64,000 bases of DNA from an uncultured Enterobacteriaceae bacterium (lineage in GTDB: Bacteria > Pseudomonadota > Gammaproteobacteria > Eutrophobiales > Eutrophobiaceae), in NCBI GenBank assembly GCA_964523895.1, contig CAZGBJ010000002.1, forward strand, positions 86,898 through 150,897. The letters run 5' to 3'. Shown one piece after another: positions 51,005-59,956 of this stretch. The translations under genes were made by a program, and so were the position numbers. Positions within the stretch are counted from its first letter, which is position 1. Each line of letters begins with the position of its first letter. Below the pieces are notes generated by a model that was not told the DNA's origin, ran no database searches, and saw nothing but the letters and a program-made list of their open reading frames with translations.

Positions 51005-53116
51005 TTATTTTTTCTCTCCACTTTCTTTATCTTTTGGTACAGATACGGTTGTTGATTTAGCAACGCCATCTTCACTCGCACCACCGATGATAAGGTCGTA
51101 GTTCTCAGGCGTTTTTAACTCACCTGTAATCGACTGATTTTCGGCAATCAATGCAATCTCATCTGAACTTAGAATCTTGCCATTAGCGCCAATCATGATA
51201 TTGCTTGGGTCGACAATATTGCCATCCTTATCAACAATATCTCCATTCTCATTAATGGTGTAACCAGCTGCTTCTAATTGTGCGCGACTGGCGAGTGTCT
51301 TACCGCTCGCGTCAACCAGGTTGCCATTTTCATCGACACCCGATGCGACCTTAATACCAGACGCTTCGAGTTGTTTCTTACTGAGAATCTCGCCGTTAGC
51401 AGAAGTGATCAAATCATCTTTATCAATGACATTGCCATTCGCATCAACAATCTCACCGTTCTCGTTAATGCTGAGACCGGCTGCTGCGAGTTGCTCTTTG
51501 GTCATGATGCTGCCGTCGGCTGCAACGACCAGGTTATTCGGATCAACGATGTTTCCATCCTTATCCACGATTTGTCCATGCTCATTGACCGTCAGTCCGG
51601 CTGCGGCTAATTGTTCTTTACTTAAGACAGAGCCATCAGCGGCGATATTTAGATCTTCAGGATTAATGACGTTGCCATCTTTATCAACAATCTCGCCATT
51701 CTCATTGACACTGTAGCCTGCGGCTGCCAATTGCTCCTTCGTTAATACGGTGCCATCTGCATTTACGATGATATCTTTGGTTGAAATAACCTTGCCATTG
51801 GCATCGACGATTTCACCATTTTCATTGACGCTGAGTCCGGCTGCTGCCAATTGCTCTTTGGTCATGACACTACCATCAGCGGCAATAACAACATCATTTG
51901 CATTAACGACATTACCGTCTTTATCAACCAGTTGTCCGTTTTCATTGACAGTGAGTCCGGCGGCGGCGAGTTGTTGTTTGTTCAACACAGTACCATCTGC
52001 GGAAACACAAAGGTCAGTTACATTAACGGCATTGCCATCTTTGTCTACGACTTGTTTATTGTCATTGATATTATAACCAGCAGCAGTCAGTTGCTTGCGA
52101 TTGATGAGTTTGTTTTTATCTGCATCGATTAGATTACCATTTATGTCGATGTCTACAGCACAAGCGGCGCGAGAAGCGCGATCTTTCTCTGCTGCAGCCA
52201 TACGCGAGGCATTGCCAAATAGATCAGTAGGGGCAACAGAAGTAAAAGAAGAAGCACTTTGATCATCCCGATTACGTAATAATGCCAACATGTCACCTTT
52301 GTCTTCAGCCAAGGTAATCAGAGCCGCCTGGTCTGGCGTTACTTCAATAGTGATATGAGAAAAATGGGTTTCAGTACGGCGTTGTGGTTGTCGTAATGCA
52401 TCCAGCGTTTCTTGGTAGGGGTCTCGACCGGTAGCTAATACAGTGATATTTTGCAGTACAGGTATAATAACGTCAGTAGGTGAAATACCGGCTAATAGTG
52501 CTTCAGGTTCTTCTAAGGTATCCGTAGCTGCCAAAAGTTCAGCCGGGATCATATCTTGCGCTTCTTGTGGTAGTAGTTCTAACAGACCGGCTTCTTTTGC
52601 AGCGATGATCATTGCGGGATTAATACCCGATGTTGCAAATGGAATATTGACAAAAACATCGATGCGATTACCCGGACGTAGAAAGCCGCCAATAGAGTTT
52701 ACATCATCAACAGTAATAGTAATGGCGCGTTTACCTGGAGGTATGATGTCAGAGAAGTCACGAGGAAAATCTTCATCCACAAAGCTTCTTAATAGGGGTT
52801 TCCCTCTACCTAGGTTGGTGGTCAGCGAGCGTCCCAAATAACGGTCAAATTCACTTGGGTAAATAGCATCTTCATGTACATAATTGGTAGGGACAGGACG
52901 CTGACTAAAAAGGTTTTGTGTTATCTCTTGTCCTTTGCGTAAATCGCCAGTTGCCACAACGACCATGATTTGCCTGGCCTTGTCTTGTTCGTATTTTGCT
53001 TTTAACTGCGCTTCACGTGTATTTAGATAAAACATTGCTAGCAAAGCGGCGATAATACCGAACCCGATTGCACCTGCCAGTAAAGGCATAGAATTTTTTT
53101 CTTGTTTTTTAGCCAT
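51005..53116 (-). CDS. cpaB: CpaB/RcpC-family Flp pilus assembly protein with a long C-terminal tandem-repeat extension
   Basis: N-terminal TM helix and SAF/CpaB domain (…QIMVVVATGDLRKGQEI…), followed by 8 tandem 40-aa repeats of KEQLAAAGLxVNENGxIVDKDGNVVxxxDLxIAADGSVxT. At 703 aa it is far longer than the usual 250-300 aa. Confidence 0.8.
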   Translation of the reverse strand: MAKKQEKNSMPLLAGAIGFGIIAALLAMFYLNTREAQLKAKYEQDKARQIMVVVATGDLRKGQEITQNLFSQRPVPTNYVHEDAIYPSEFDRYLGRSLTTNLGRGKPLLRSFVDEDFPRDFSDIIPPGKRAITITVDDVNSIGGFLRPGNRIDVFVNIPFATSGINPAMIIAAKEAGLLELLPQEAQDMIPAELLAATDTLEEPEALLAGISPTDVIIPVLQNITVLATGRDPYQETLDALRQPQRRTETHFSHITIEVTPDQAALITLAEDKGDMLALLRNRDDQSASSFTSVAPTDLFGNASRMAAAEKDRASRAACAVDIDINGNLIDADKNKLINRKQLTAAGYNINDNKQVVDKDGNAVNVTDLCVSADGTVLNKQQLAAAGLTVNENGQLVDKDGNVVNANDVVIAADGSVMTKEQLAAAGLSVNENGEIVDANGKVISTKDIIVNADGTVLTKEQLAAAGYSVNENGEIVDKDGNVINPEDLNIAADGSVLSKEQLAAAGLTVNEHGQIVDKDGNIVDPNNLVVAADGSIMTKEQLAAAGLSINENGEIVDANGNVIDKDDLITSANGEILSKKQLEASGIKVASGVDENGNLVDASGKTLASRAQLEAAGYTINENGDIVDKDGNIVDPSNIMIGANGKILSSDEIALIAENQSITGELKTPENYDLIIGGASEDGVAKSTTVSVPKDKESGEKK
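51190..52150. repeat. Tandem 120-nt coding repeats (about 8 copies) inside the cpaB-like gene
   Basis: Periodic DNA/protein repeat. It also generates spurious antisense ORFs (51278-52132 +). Confidence 0.75.
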
Positions 53117-53154
53117 AATCCGTTTTACTTTTTAAGTTGGTATTTGTTTGATGT

Positions 53155-53520
53155 TTAAAAAAAACTGGTTGCCTCTTCAGTTATCTGATCGACTAGATAA
53201 TCTTTGCCCATGTCTAAATCAGGTACTTCCAAGTCAGGAAAACTGGTGTATTCCTCTAATGCTGTAACTAGAGCTGACGGGTCAATTGGATTGATGACAT
53301 CTGCATCAATTAAGTAATCTGCCAGATTGTCATGATCGGGTAGGGTAGATAAGGAACTGGCGTACGAATAACCTTGATACTTATCATTCATGACCCCGAG
53401 TAGATCCAGTAATACATCTCCGCCAGGGCCGACAGTCATTACCATGACACCAAACACCAGAACGACAACATATTCGACCATACCCTGGCCTCGCTGCTTT
53501 ATGTGCTGTTTCGTTTTCAT
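53155..53520 (-). CDS. Flp-like prepilin/pseudopilin with an acidic C-terminal tail
   Basis: N-terminus …QRGQGMVEYVVVLVFGVMVM… carries the Flp-type G/xxxxEY prepilin motif and hydrophobic helix. Confidence 0.5.
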   Translation of the reverse strand: MKTKQHIKQRGQGMVEYVVVLVFGVMVMTVGPGGDVLLDLLGVMNDKYQGYSYASSLSTLPDHDNLADYLIDADVINPIDPSALVTALEEYTSFPDLEVPDLDMGKDYLVDQITEEATSFF

Positions 53521-53536
53521 GTCAATCCCAATTATC

Positions 53537-54292
53537 TTAAAAAATAGAGTTAGTTACAGAATTGATGACGATCCGAGTGTCATTATTATCTTTTATGAAT
53601 ATCATAGTAATTCTATTTCGTTTACTTTTAAAGACTAAACTGTGCATTTTGCCTACGCCGCCAAGATCCGTATCTGTTTCGTTAGTCCAGCCCAAGCCCT
53701 CATAGTGGCTGCGGTAGAAAGCAATATTATTTTCTATCGTATGGTTATTGGAAATAAGTAACGTTTTTGCCTTTTTCCCGGGATCTTTACTGGTTGATTC
53801 ATTGAGTACTTGGCTGTCCCTCATTTTGGGTATGCCTTTACCCCGTTCAAAATCAAAATCGTCCATATCGGGTAGACGACCCAGAGATAAATAGCCCCAG
53901 GATCCTTTACCAGTACGCTCATTGACTTGAACCTGCACCGTAAGCAGATAACCTTTTTCAGCGCGGCTGATAATATACCAGGGAGCCGCTGCAATATTTT
54001 CCAAATAGCCAGGCATATCTTTGCCAACCGGATTTCGCCATTCCTTACGATAAAATTCCACGACGTCTTCTATCGACTTATTACTATGAAATGCGCGTAC
54101 AGCTGATGGAATGCCATTAATTTCCATATTTTGTCCGACCCATTCGACGCTTGCTTGCGGCGGCGGTGGAAAATCAGGCGCGGCGCTGAGTATGGTTGGA
54201 TTCAAACATATAACGATCAGAGCAAACGTTAGCCATGGAGATTGGTTCATAAGTCTATATGTTCGATTAGTCAACATCATGGTGCCAAGCAC
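53537..54292 (-). CDS. Hypothetical secreted protein in the tad operon
   Basis: Signal peptide and no known domain. It overlaps the upstream gene by 16 nt. Confidence 0.45.
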   Translation of the reverse strand: MLGTMMLTNRTYRLMNQSPWLTFALIVICLNPTILSAAPDFPPPPQASVEWVGQNMEINGIPSAVRAFHSNKSIEDVVEFYRKEWRNPVGKDMPGYLENIAAAPWYIISRAEKGYLLTVQVQVNERTGKGSWGYLSLGRLPDMDDFDFERGKGIPKMRDSQVLNESTSKDPGKKAKTLLISNNHTIENNIAFYRSHYEGLGWTNETDTDLGGVGKMHSLVFKSKRNRITMIFIKDNNDTRIVINSVTNSIF

Positions 54293-55368
54293 TCTCGTTC
54301 AGCAAGTGTGCGAATCACATCAAAATCACACATACCGGCATCATTACATGAATGAGCGCCAATGGTGTCTCCTGTATTCGGGTCAATCAGTCGATCGGGG
54401 TGTGTGGCGTCAATATCAATATGTCCGAGCCACAAACTGCCTTTGTCATCTGCTGGATATATACCTCCTGGATTACACAGGCGTAGTTCAGGCGCAAAGA
54501 TGGTTACGGCATTCCAAATATCTGTCATGCCTGGAATTAGAGTAAACAAAGAAGCTAACATCGTGATCGGTGCCGTACCTCCCACTTGATTATAGGTATG
54601 AACTTTACCGCCTGCATTCCAGGCATTTGATAGCACTGCGGCGCTACTATTAAAATCCAGTGTGCCGCCAGTTAGTTCATTGGATGTACCGGCTACCCCA
54701 TTCATATTGTTGTAATTTGTCACGAAAGTGGGATTCACAGCCACCTGCATTGAGATGGTTGACTCAGCATAAGCATCATTATTGATTGCATCAAACCCGA
54801 CATTGGAGCCCACAAGCCCCATTAGATCACCGAAAATCTCGAAGATGAAACCAATACCATCACTGATGACTTGAACGATGTCGCCGAGTACGGGTACGGT
54901 CGGTGTGTCTTCTGAGCTTCGCAAACTCGCAGTTGCTCCATCAACACCGGAGTATAAAATATTGCCTGCATGATCGGTCCAGAGTGGGTTTCTACTTGCA
55001 GTGGTCCAGTCAGTGACTGAATCTGTACTGGTAATCGGCAAGGTCGTTGTTTCATTACCGGGATTGGTAAAAAAACGTTGCCGCGCCTCTTGTTGAGTCT
55101 CTACTGTAGACTTGAATGGTTGAGTAACAATAGCAGTACCACTGTCATCTTCGAAGCCCGACATGATTTCTGAATTACTGTCATACCAGACAGTGTACTC
55201 CCATGCTTGATAACGTGAGGCCTGAATAGCTGAATGTTTAATATCGATATATTTTGCCAATAGTGAGACACCAAGAAAGAGGGGTACAAGAGCGAATGAG
55301 GCACAAACCAAAAATTCAGTCATAGCTTGACCGCGTTCACTTTTGAATATTCTGTTAATCAGTATCAT
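54277..55368 (-). CDS. TadE-like pseudopilin
   Basis: N-terminus …ERGQAMTEFLVCASFALVPLFLG… shows the TadE-like motif. Confidence 0.7.
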   Translation of the reverse strand: MILINRIFKSERGQAMTEFLVCASFALVPLFLGVSLLAKYIDIKHSAIQASRYQAWEYTVWYDSNSEIMSGFEDDSGTAIVTQPFKSTVETQQEARQRFFTNPGNETTTLPITSTDSVTDWTTASRNPLWTDHAGNILYSGVDGATASLRSSEDTPTVPVLGDIVQVISDGIGFIFEIFGDLMGLVGSNVGFDAINNDAYAESTISMQVAVNPTFVTNYNNMNGVAGTSNELTGGTLDFNSSAAVLSNAWNAGGKVHTYNQVGGTAPITMLASLFTLIPGMTDIWNAVTIFAPELRLCNPGGIYPADDKGSLWLGHIDIDATHPDRLIDPNTGDTIGAHSCNDAGMCDFDVIRTLAERECLAP

Positions 55369-55369
55369 T

Positions 55370-57307
55370 TTAAAATGGTAAATAACTCAATAGATCGCCA
55401 AAAATAGTATTAAATGAGCCTGTGAGGTTGATAAAATTTTCTTTTTGTTGAATGAGTAAAGCAAGTATACGGTCAGCATAACTCGTCTCGATTAATCGCG
55501 CTTGCCAGTAGGGGTTGAAGGCATTTCCTGTCTCTGTATAACCATCCCCACGATGAAAATGGGAGGCCAGATTATCGGTAGGTCTGGCAAAGTAAAGTTC
55601 TGATTTTGATAAGACAGCCAACTCATCATCAGCGAGATCCTCGGTAAGGGAGAAGCGACCCGTGGGTTCGCTGTTAGCAGGAGTGGTGCTATCAAAATCG
55701 GGTTCGTCTTGCACCAATCCAATAATAACATTCGGCGCTCCGACTCCCATGAAGGACTCATGTCCCGAATTTGAATCAACATAATAGGGCAGGCCTTTAT
55801 AACTTTTGTTGACTCGGTTACCGACAGTTGTTTGCAGTGGTTCAAATGAAGATGGATGGATACCATAAGGCCCTGTTCCTGGTACCGTTACGTACCAGGC
55901 CGCCAGATTATTAGCGGCTTCTCCATATTGATCATTTTCGACAGGACCCGGGTTCGTCATATGCCCAGAATTCAAGTTATTGTCTGTTTTACCGACCTCT
56001 GCAAATCCGGCAGCAAAAGGGACACCGGTGGGGACTGGAATAGAGGGAATGATAGGTATATCAATGCCCCAAAAACTCACAGTCAGACTGAGCGAAGAAT
56101 CACCGAAGTCTAGTTCTCCACCTACGTCGAGTAGATCTTCACATGCTCCAAGTATGCAACCCTCAACCCAAAGTCGAAATCGCAAATAAATATCAAGAAA
56201 TAGACCGGTTGTATCGGCGGCGGACCAGTTAACGTTTCCGGCACTGACATTACCAGACGTGGGTAAGACAAAACGCATTTCAGTGCCACCTCTGCGTTCC
56301 AAAGATATATCAAGGTAAAACTCAAATTCAAAACCGGCCTCAATACAGCCGACGGCACAAGGACCGTAGGGGCCAAACGTTTCACTTTCATCGATATCTA
56401 TGGGAGGAAACGCTTTCAGTTCCCAACCTGGACGCCCATCTGCTAACTCTTGAGTAGTGCAGAACAAGCAGAAGGGATCCTGACCGCGGTACATACTGAA
56501 GGGATCACGGGAATCTCTAATCAGGGCTTGCAGGCGGGCATAACCATAGCCACCATCATAATCTCCATTTGCGTCTTCAGTGCTACCATAATCAGCGACG
56601 TCGACCGTTGTTGCGCCATAACCAGGGATGCCTCCAGCACTATATACCGTTGTAAATTGGTCGCCGGGTAGGCTGGGGTGTAGACCTAAAGTGGCAATAT
56701 GTGCAATAAGTGAAATAATACCGAAATCAGAGAGTTTGGCACCGGGCGGACCATTTTGTGTGATCGTGTCATCCAGTACACCAATAGAAGAAATAATACT
56801 GACGATATGCAATATGGTTGAGGCAAAACCGTAAATTTGATTAATGATGTGTAGTGCAGATGTGATCCCATTGGCTAGGGTCTTCATTGCCGTAATTGCT
56901 ACTCCCCCACCTGCTTTCCAGACGCTAGTAATTGCTGAAACGATGGGGGTTGAAGTCCCTAAAGTGATTGGTGAGAACAGTAGTTTGTCGTAAAGATCGA
57001 GATATTGGGCAAATGAATTGAAATGGTATGCCCAGGATGCCAAGCCAACGCTTTGGCCGATGGCGACTTCATTAGCGACGATGCCCCGATTGATATAAGC
57101 GGTGAAATTCATGTCTCGCGCTTCTACCGTAGACATACTATAGGCAGCGGCATCTGCAGCATTTTGCAACTGCATTTTGTTACTGGTGAGTTTCCCCATC
57201 TTGAACAGGGTGAGGGCGGAGACGACCAAGATTGCCATAAACAGCATCACCATCACCGCAGCCTGACCGCGTTGTGAAGAATGACTTATGGACTTATATC
57301 CTGACAA
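55370..57307 (-). CDS. TadG-like pilus assembly protein
   Basis: N-terminus …QRGQAAVMVMLFMAILVVSAL…NAADAAAY… matches the Tad-like PF13400-type N-terminus. 645 aa. Confidence 0.7.
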   Translation of the reverse strand: MSGYKSISHSSQRGQAAVMVMLFMAILVVSALTLFKMGKLTSNKMQLQNAADAAAYSMSTVEARDMNFTAYINRGIVANEVAIGQSVGLASWAYHFNSFAQYLDLYDKLLFSPITLGTSTPIVSAITSVWKAGGGVAITAMKTLANGITSALHIINQIYGFASTILHIVSIISSIGVLDDTITQNGPPGAKLSDFGIISLIAHIATLGLHPSLPGDQFTTVYSAGGIPGYGATTVDVADYGSTEDANGDYDGGYGYARLQALIRDSRDPFSMYRGQDPFCLFCTTQELADGRPGWELKAFPPIDIDESETFGPYGPCAVGCIEAGFEFEFYLDISLERRGGTEMRFVLPTSGNVSAGNVNWSAADTTGLFLDIYLRFRLWVEGCILGACEDLLDVGGELDFGDSSLSLTVSFWGIDIPIIPSIPVPTGVPFAAGFAEVGKTDNNLNSGHMTNPGPVENDQYGEAANNLAAWYVTVPGTGPYGIHPSSFEPLQTTVGNRVNKSYKGLPYYVDSNSGHESFMGVGAPNVIIGLVQDEPDFDSTTPANSEPTGRFSLTEDLADDELAVLSKSELYFARPTDNLASHFHRGDGYTETGNAFNPYWQARLIETSYADRILALLIQQKENFINLTGSFNTIFGDLLSYLPF

Positions 57308-57392
57308 TGTTAACTCCGTTAAATTGCCAGAATTATCTGAGAATGGGCTTTATTCTTTAATATTGCTGGCTTTTATTATTCTTATAGACGGT

Positions 57393-57420
57393 GCTTCTGC
57401 CAGCCTAAGGCTGGCAGAAG
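57393..57420 (-). promoter_or_regulatory. Perfect 12-bp stem-loop immediately downstream of flp (possible attenuator or mRNA stabiliser)
   Basis: cttctgccagcc / ggctggcagaag with a 3-nt loop. No canonical U-tract follows. Confidence 0.35.
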
Positions 57421-57448
57421 ATGTCATTCATACTTTAATTAAGGCTAA

Positions 57449-57691
57449 TTATTGTACAGTGTCACTGTCTACGTAGGTTGCCATACCTCTTTGGGTCTCT
57501 GCAGCACCACCCTCAGTATAAGTATCTGCAGTTGCAGTGCCACCGGATAGCTCTGCCGTCATGTTACCCATTTGGTCGGTAATGGTGTCGCCAAAGACAC
57601 TATAGATACCGATTGCTGCAATAGCGATTAGCGCAACGATGATGATGTATTCTGTCATGCCTTGACCTAACTGTTTCATAAAACGTTTCAT
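57449..57691 (-). CDS. flp: Flp-family major pilin
   Basis: MKRFMKQLGQGMTEYIIIVALIAIAAIGIY: Flp prepilin motif (G/xxxxEY) and hydrophobic helix. 80 aa. It is the first gene of the tad operon. Confidence 0.8.
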   Translation of the reverse strand: MKRFMKQLGQGMTEYIIIVALIAIAAIGIYSVFGDTITDQMGNMTAELSGGTATADTYTEGGAAETQRGMATYVDSDTVQ

Positions 57692-57826
57692 ATTTCTCTC
57701 TCCAGAAAATTTACTAACTATTAAGCACTTAATGTCTAATTATTGCTCCTAATCAGGCTAAACGCAATGTCCGGTTCGGGTAAATTATTAACTAAATATC
57801 AACTCTAAGTGGTTTCCCAATAAATA

Positions 57827-57854
57827 CTTGAAATAAATCAGTTAATCCCAATAT
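57827..57854 (+). promoter_or_regulatory. Sigma-32 (RpoH) heat-shock promoter of htpG
   Basis: CTTGAAA, 13 nt, then CCCAATAT matches the sigma-32 consensus CTTGAAA-N13/14-CCCCATNT. It lies about 45 nt upstream of the htpG ATG. Confidence 0.5.
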
Positions 57855-57898
57855 ATGCCAGACAACAAATTCATATCATTTTGAGGTGGAATACAAAC

Positions 57899-59854
57899 AT
57901 GTCTGTCGAAGCAAAACAGGAAACATTAGGGTTTCAAACCGAGGTTAAGCAGTTGCTGCACCTCATGATCCATTCTCTTTATAGTAATAAGGAGATATTT
58001 TTACGTGAGTTAATCTCGAATGCCTCGGATGCAGCAGATAAATTACGTTTTGAAGCACTAAAAGACGATGGACTTTATGAAGATGATTCTGAGTTAAAAA
58101 TAAGAGTTGAATTTAATAAGGATTTAAAAACGATTACCGTCATCGATAATGGTATCGGTATGTCGCGAGATGATGTTGTCGAACATCTCGGTACCATTGC
58201 TAAATCGGGCACCAGCCAATTTTTTGAAGCACTTACTGGTGATCAATCTAAAGATTCACAACTCATTGGTCAATTTGGAGTGGGTTTTTATTCCTGTTTT
58301 ATTGTCGCAAAGAAAGTCGAAGTCACCACACGGCGCGCTGGACTAGCTGCAGAGGAAGGTGTGCGTTGGACATCAGAAGGTGAAAATGATTACAACGTAG
58401 AAACGCTGGATTGCCTCAAGCGCGGTACTAAAGTGGTATTGCATCTGCGTGATGATATGGATGAATTTTTAAACGACTATAAATTAAAAGGGATTATCAC
58501 TAAATATTCTGATCATATTTCTTTGCCAATCGTCATGGATAAAGAGGTGCAGATTGAAGAGCCTGAAGAAGAAGGCGAAGCTAAAGAAGCTGAGAAAAAA
58601 GAAGATGAAAAGAAAGAGCCTAAATTTGAGGTAGTTGAAGATACGGTTAACAGTGCTACGGCTTTATGGGCACGTAACAAGAAAGACATTAAACCCGAAG
58701 AATATAACGAATTTTATAAACATGTCGGTCATGATTTTGAAGATCCGATGGCGCATATTCATAGCAAAGTTGAAGGTAAGCTCGAATACAATTCTCTCTT
58801 ATATATACCTGCAAGAGCGCCATTCGATCTGTGGGACAGAGATCAACGTCATGGCGTAAAGCTATATGTAAAACGTGTGTTTATTATGGATGATGCGGAC
58901 CAGCTAATTCCATCATGGTTACGTTTTGTGCGTGGCGTTGTCGATTCAGATGATTTGCCACTCAATGTGTCACGTGAAATTTTGCAACATAATAAAGTGA
59001 TCGATTCGATACGTTCAGGTAGTACGAAAAAAATTCTTGGCTTGTTAAAAACAATGTCTGAAAAGGAACAGGATAAGTACGCTGAGTTCTGGAAAATTTT
59101 TGGCAAGGTGTTAAAGGAAGGTGTAATTGATGCACCGGATCATAAAGAGGATTTATCAAATCTATTCCGTTTTGCCAGCTCACATGAAGATAGTGAAGAA
59201 CAAAAAGTATCTTTGAAAGATTACGTTGAGCGTATGCAAGAAGGACAAAAAGCCATATATTTTGTTACAGCTGATACCTATGCCAAGGCGAAGAATAGTC
59301 CGCACCTTGAAATCTTCAGGAAAAAAGATATTGAAGTATTATTATTCTCGGATCCGATAGATGAGTGGGTAACATCGCATCTAAATGAATTCGACGGTAA
59401 ACCATTACAGTCAGTCAATAAGGGAGCACTTGATCTTGGTGATATTCAGGATGAAGATGAAAAGAAAGAAGATGAGAAAAAGAGCCAGGATTATGACAAA
59501 TTGGCAAAACGCATTAACAAGATTCTGGATGAAAAGGTTAAAGAAGTTCGCGCGACATCACGTTTAACAACTTCACCTGCTTGTCTGGTCAGTGATGAGC
59601 ATGATATGGGACGACATATGGAACAGATACTTCAGGCTTCTGGACAAAGTATTCCCGGTTCCAAACCCATTCTTGAGATTAATCCAGATCATCCGATTGT
59701 TAAAAAGATAGATAATGAAGCGGATGAAGATTTATTTGCGGATTGGTCTCACATTCTTTTCGAACAGGCCTTATTAAGTGAGGGTGGACAACTGGATGAT
59801 CCTGCCACTTTTGTAAATAAACTGAATGCGTTGATAGTCACGCTAGCAGACTAA
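57899..59854 (+). CDS. htpG: Chaperone HtpG (Hsp90)
   Basis: GAGGTGG SD, then MSVEAKQETLGFQTEVKQLLHLMIHSLYSNKEIFLRELISNASDA, the canonical HtpG N-terminus. Confidence 0.95.
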   Translation: MSVEAKQETLGFQTEVKQLLHLMIHSLYSNKEIFLRELISNASDAADKLRFEALKDDGLYEDDSELKIRVEFNKDLKTITVIDNGIGMSRDDVVEHLGTIAKSGTSQFFEALTGDQSKDSQLIGQFGVGFYSCFIVAKKVEVTTRRAGLAAEEGVRWTSEGENDYNVETLDCLKRGTKVVLHLRDDMDEFLNDYKLKGIITKYSDHISLPIVMDKEVQIEEPEEEGEAKEAEKKEDEKKEPKFEVVEDTVNSATALWARNKKDIKPEEYNEFYKHVGHDFEDPMAHIHSKVEGKLEYNSLLYIPARAPFDLWDRDQRHGVKLYVKRVFIMDDADQLIPSWLRFVRGVVDSDDLPLNVSREILQHNKVIDSIRSGSTKKILGLLKTMSEKEQDKYAEFWKIFGKVLKEGVIDAPDHKEDLSNLFRFASSHEDSEEQKVSLKDYVERMQEGQKAIYFVTADTYAKAKNSPHLEIFRKKDIEVLLFSDPIDEWVTSHLNEFDGKPLQSVNKGALDLGDIQDEDEKKEDEKKSQDYDKLAKRINKILDEKVKEVRATSRLTTSPACLVSDEHDMGRHMEQILQASGQSIPGSKPILEINPDHPIVKKIDNEADEDLFADWSHILFEQALLSEGGQLDDPATFVNKLNALIVTLAD

Positions 59855-59874
59855 TCTGAATGCATTAAGTCGTT

Positions 59875-59900
59875 ATGGGGCGACATCGCCCCATTTTCCA
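59875..59900 (+). terminator. Rho-independent terminator of htpG
   Basis: atggggcga cat tcgccccat hairpin followed by TTTTCC. Confidence 0.55.
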
Positions 59901-59956
59901 TTTCACTCTTCATGGCGCATACCCTAAAATGAGTTCAAATCATTTTTTGGCTTGTT

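Noticed and set aside
51278-52841. Plus-strand ORFs within the cpaB-like gene
   Set aside because: Generated by the 120-nt tandem repeats, since the opposite strand of a repeat stays open. There are no start signals and they overlap a well-supported CpaB-family gene.
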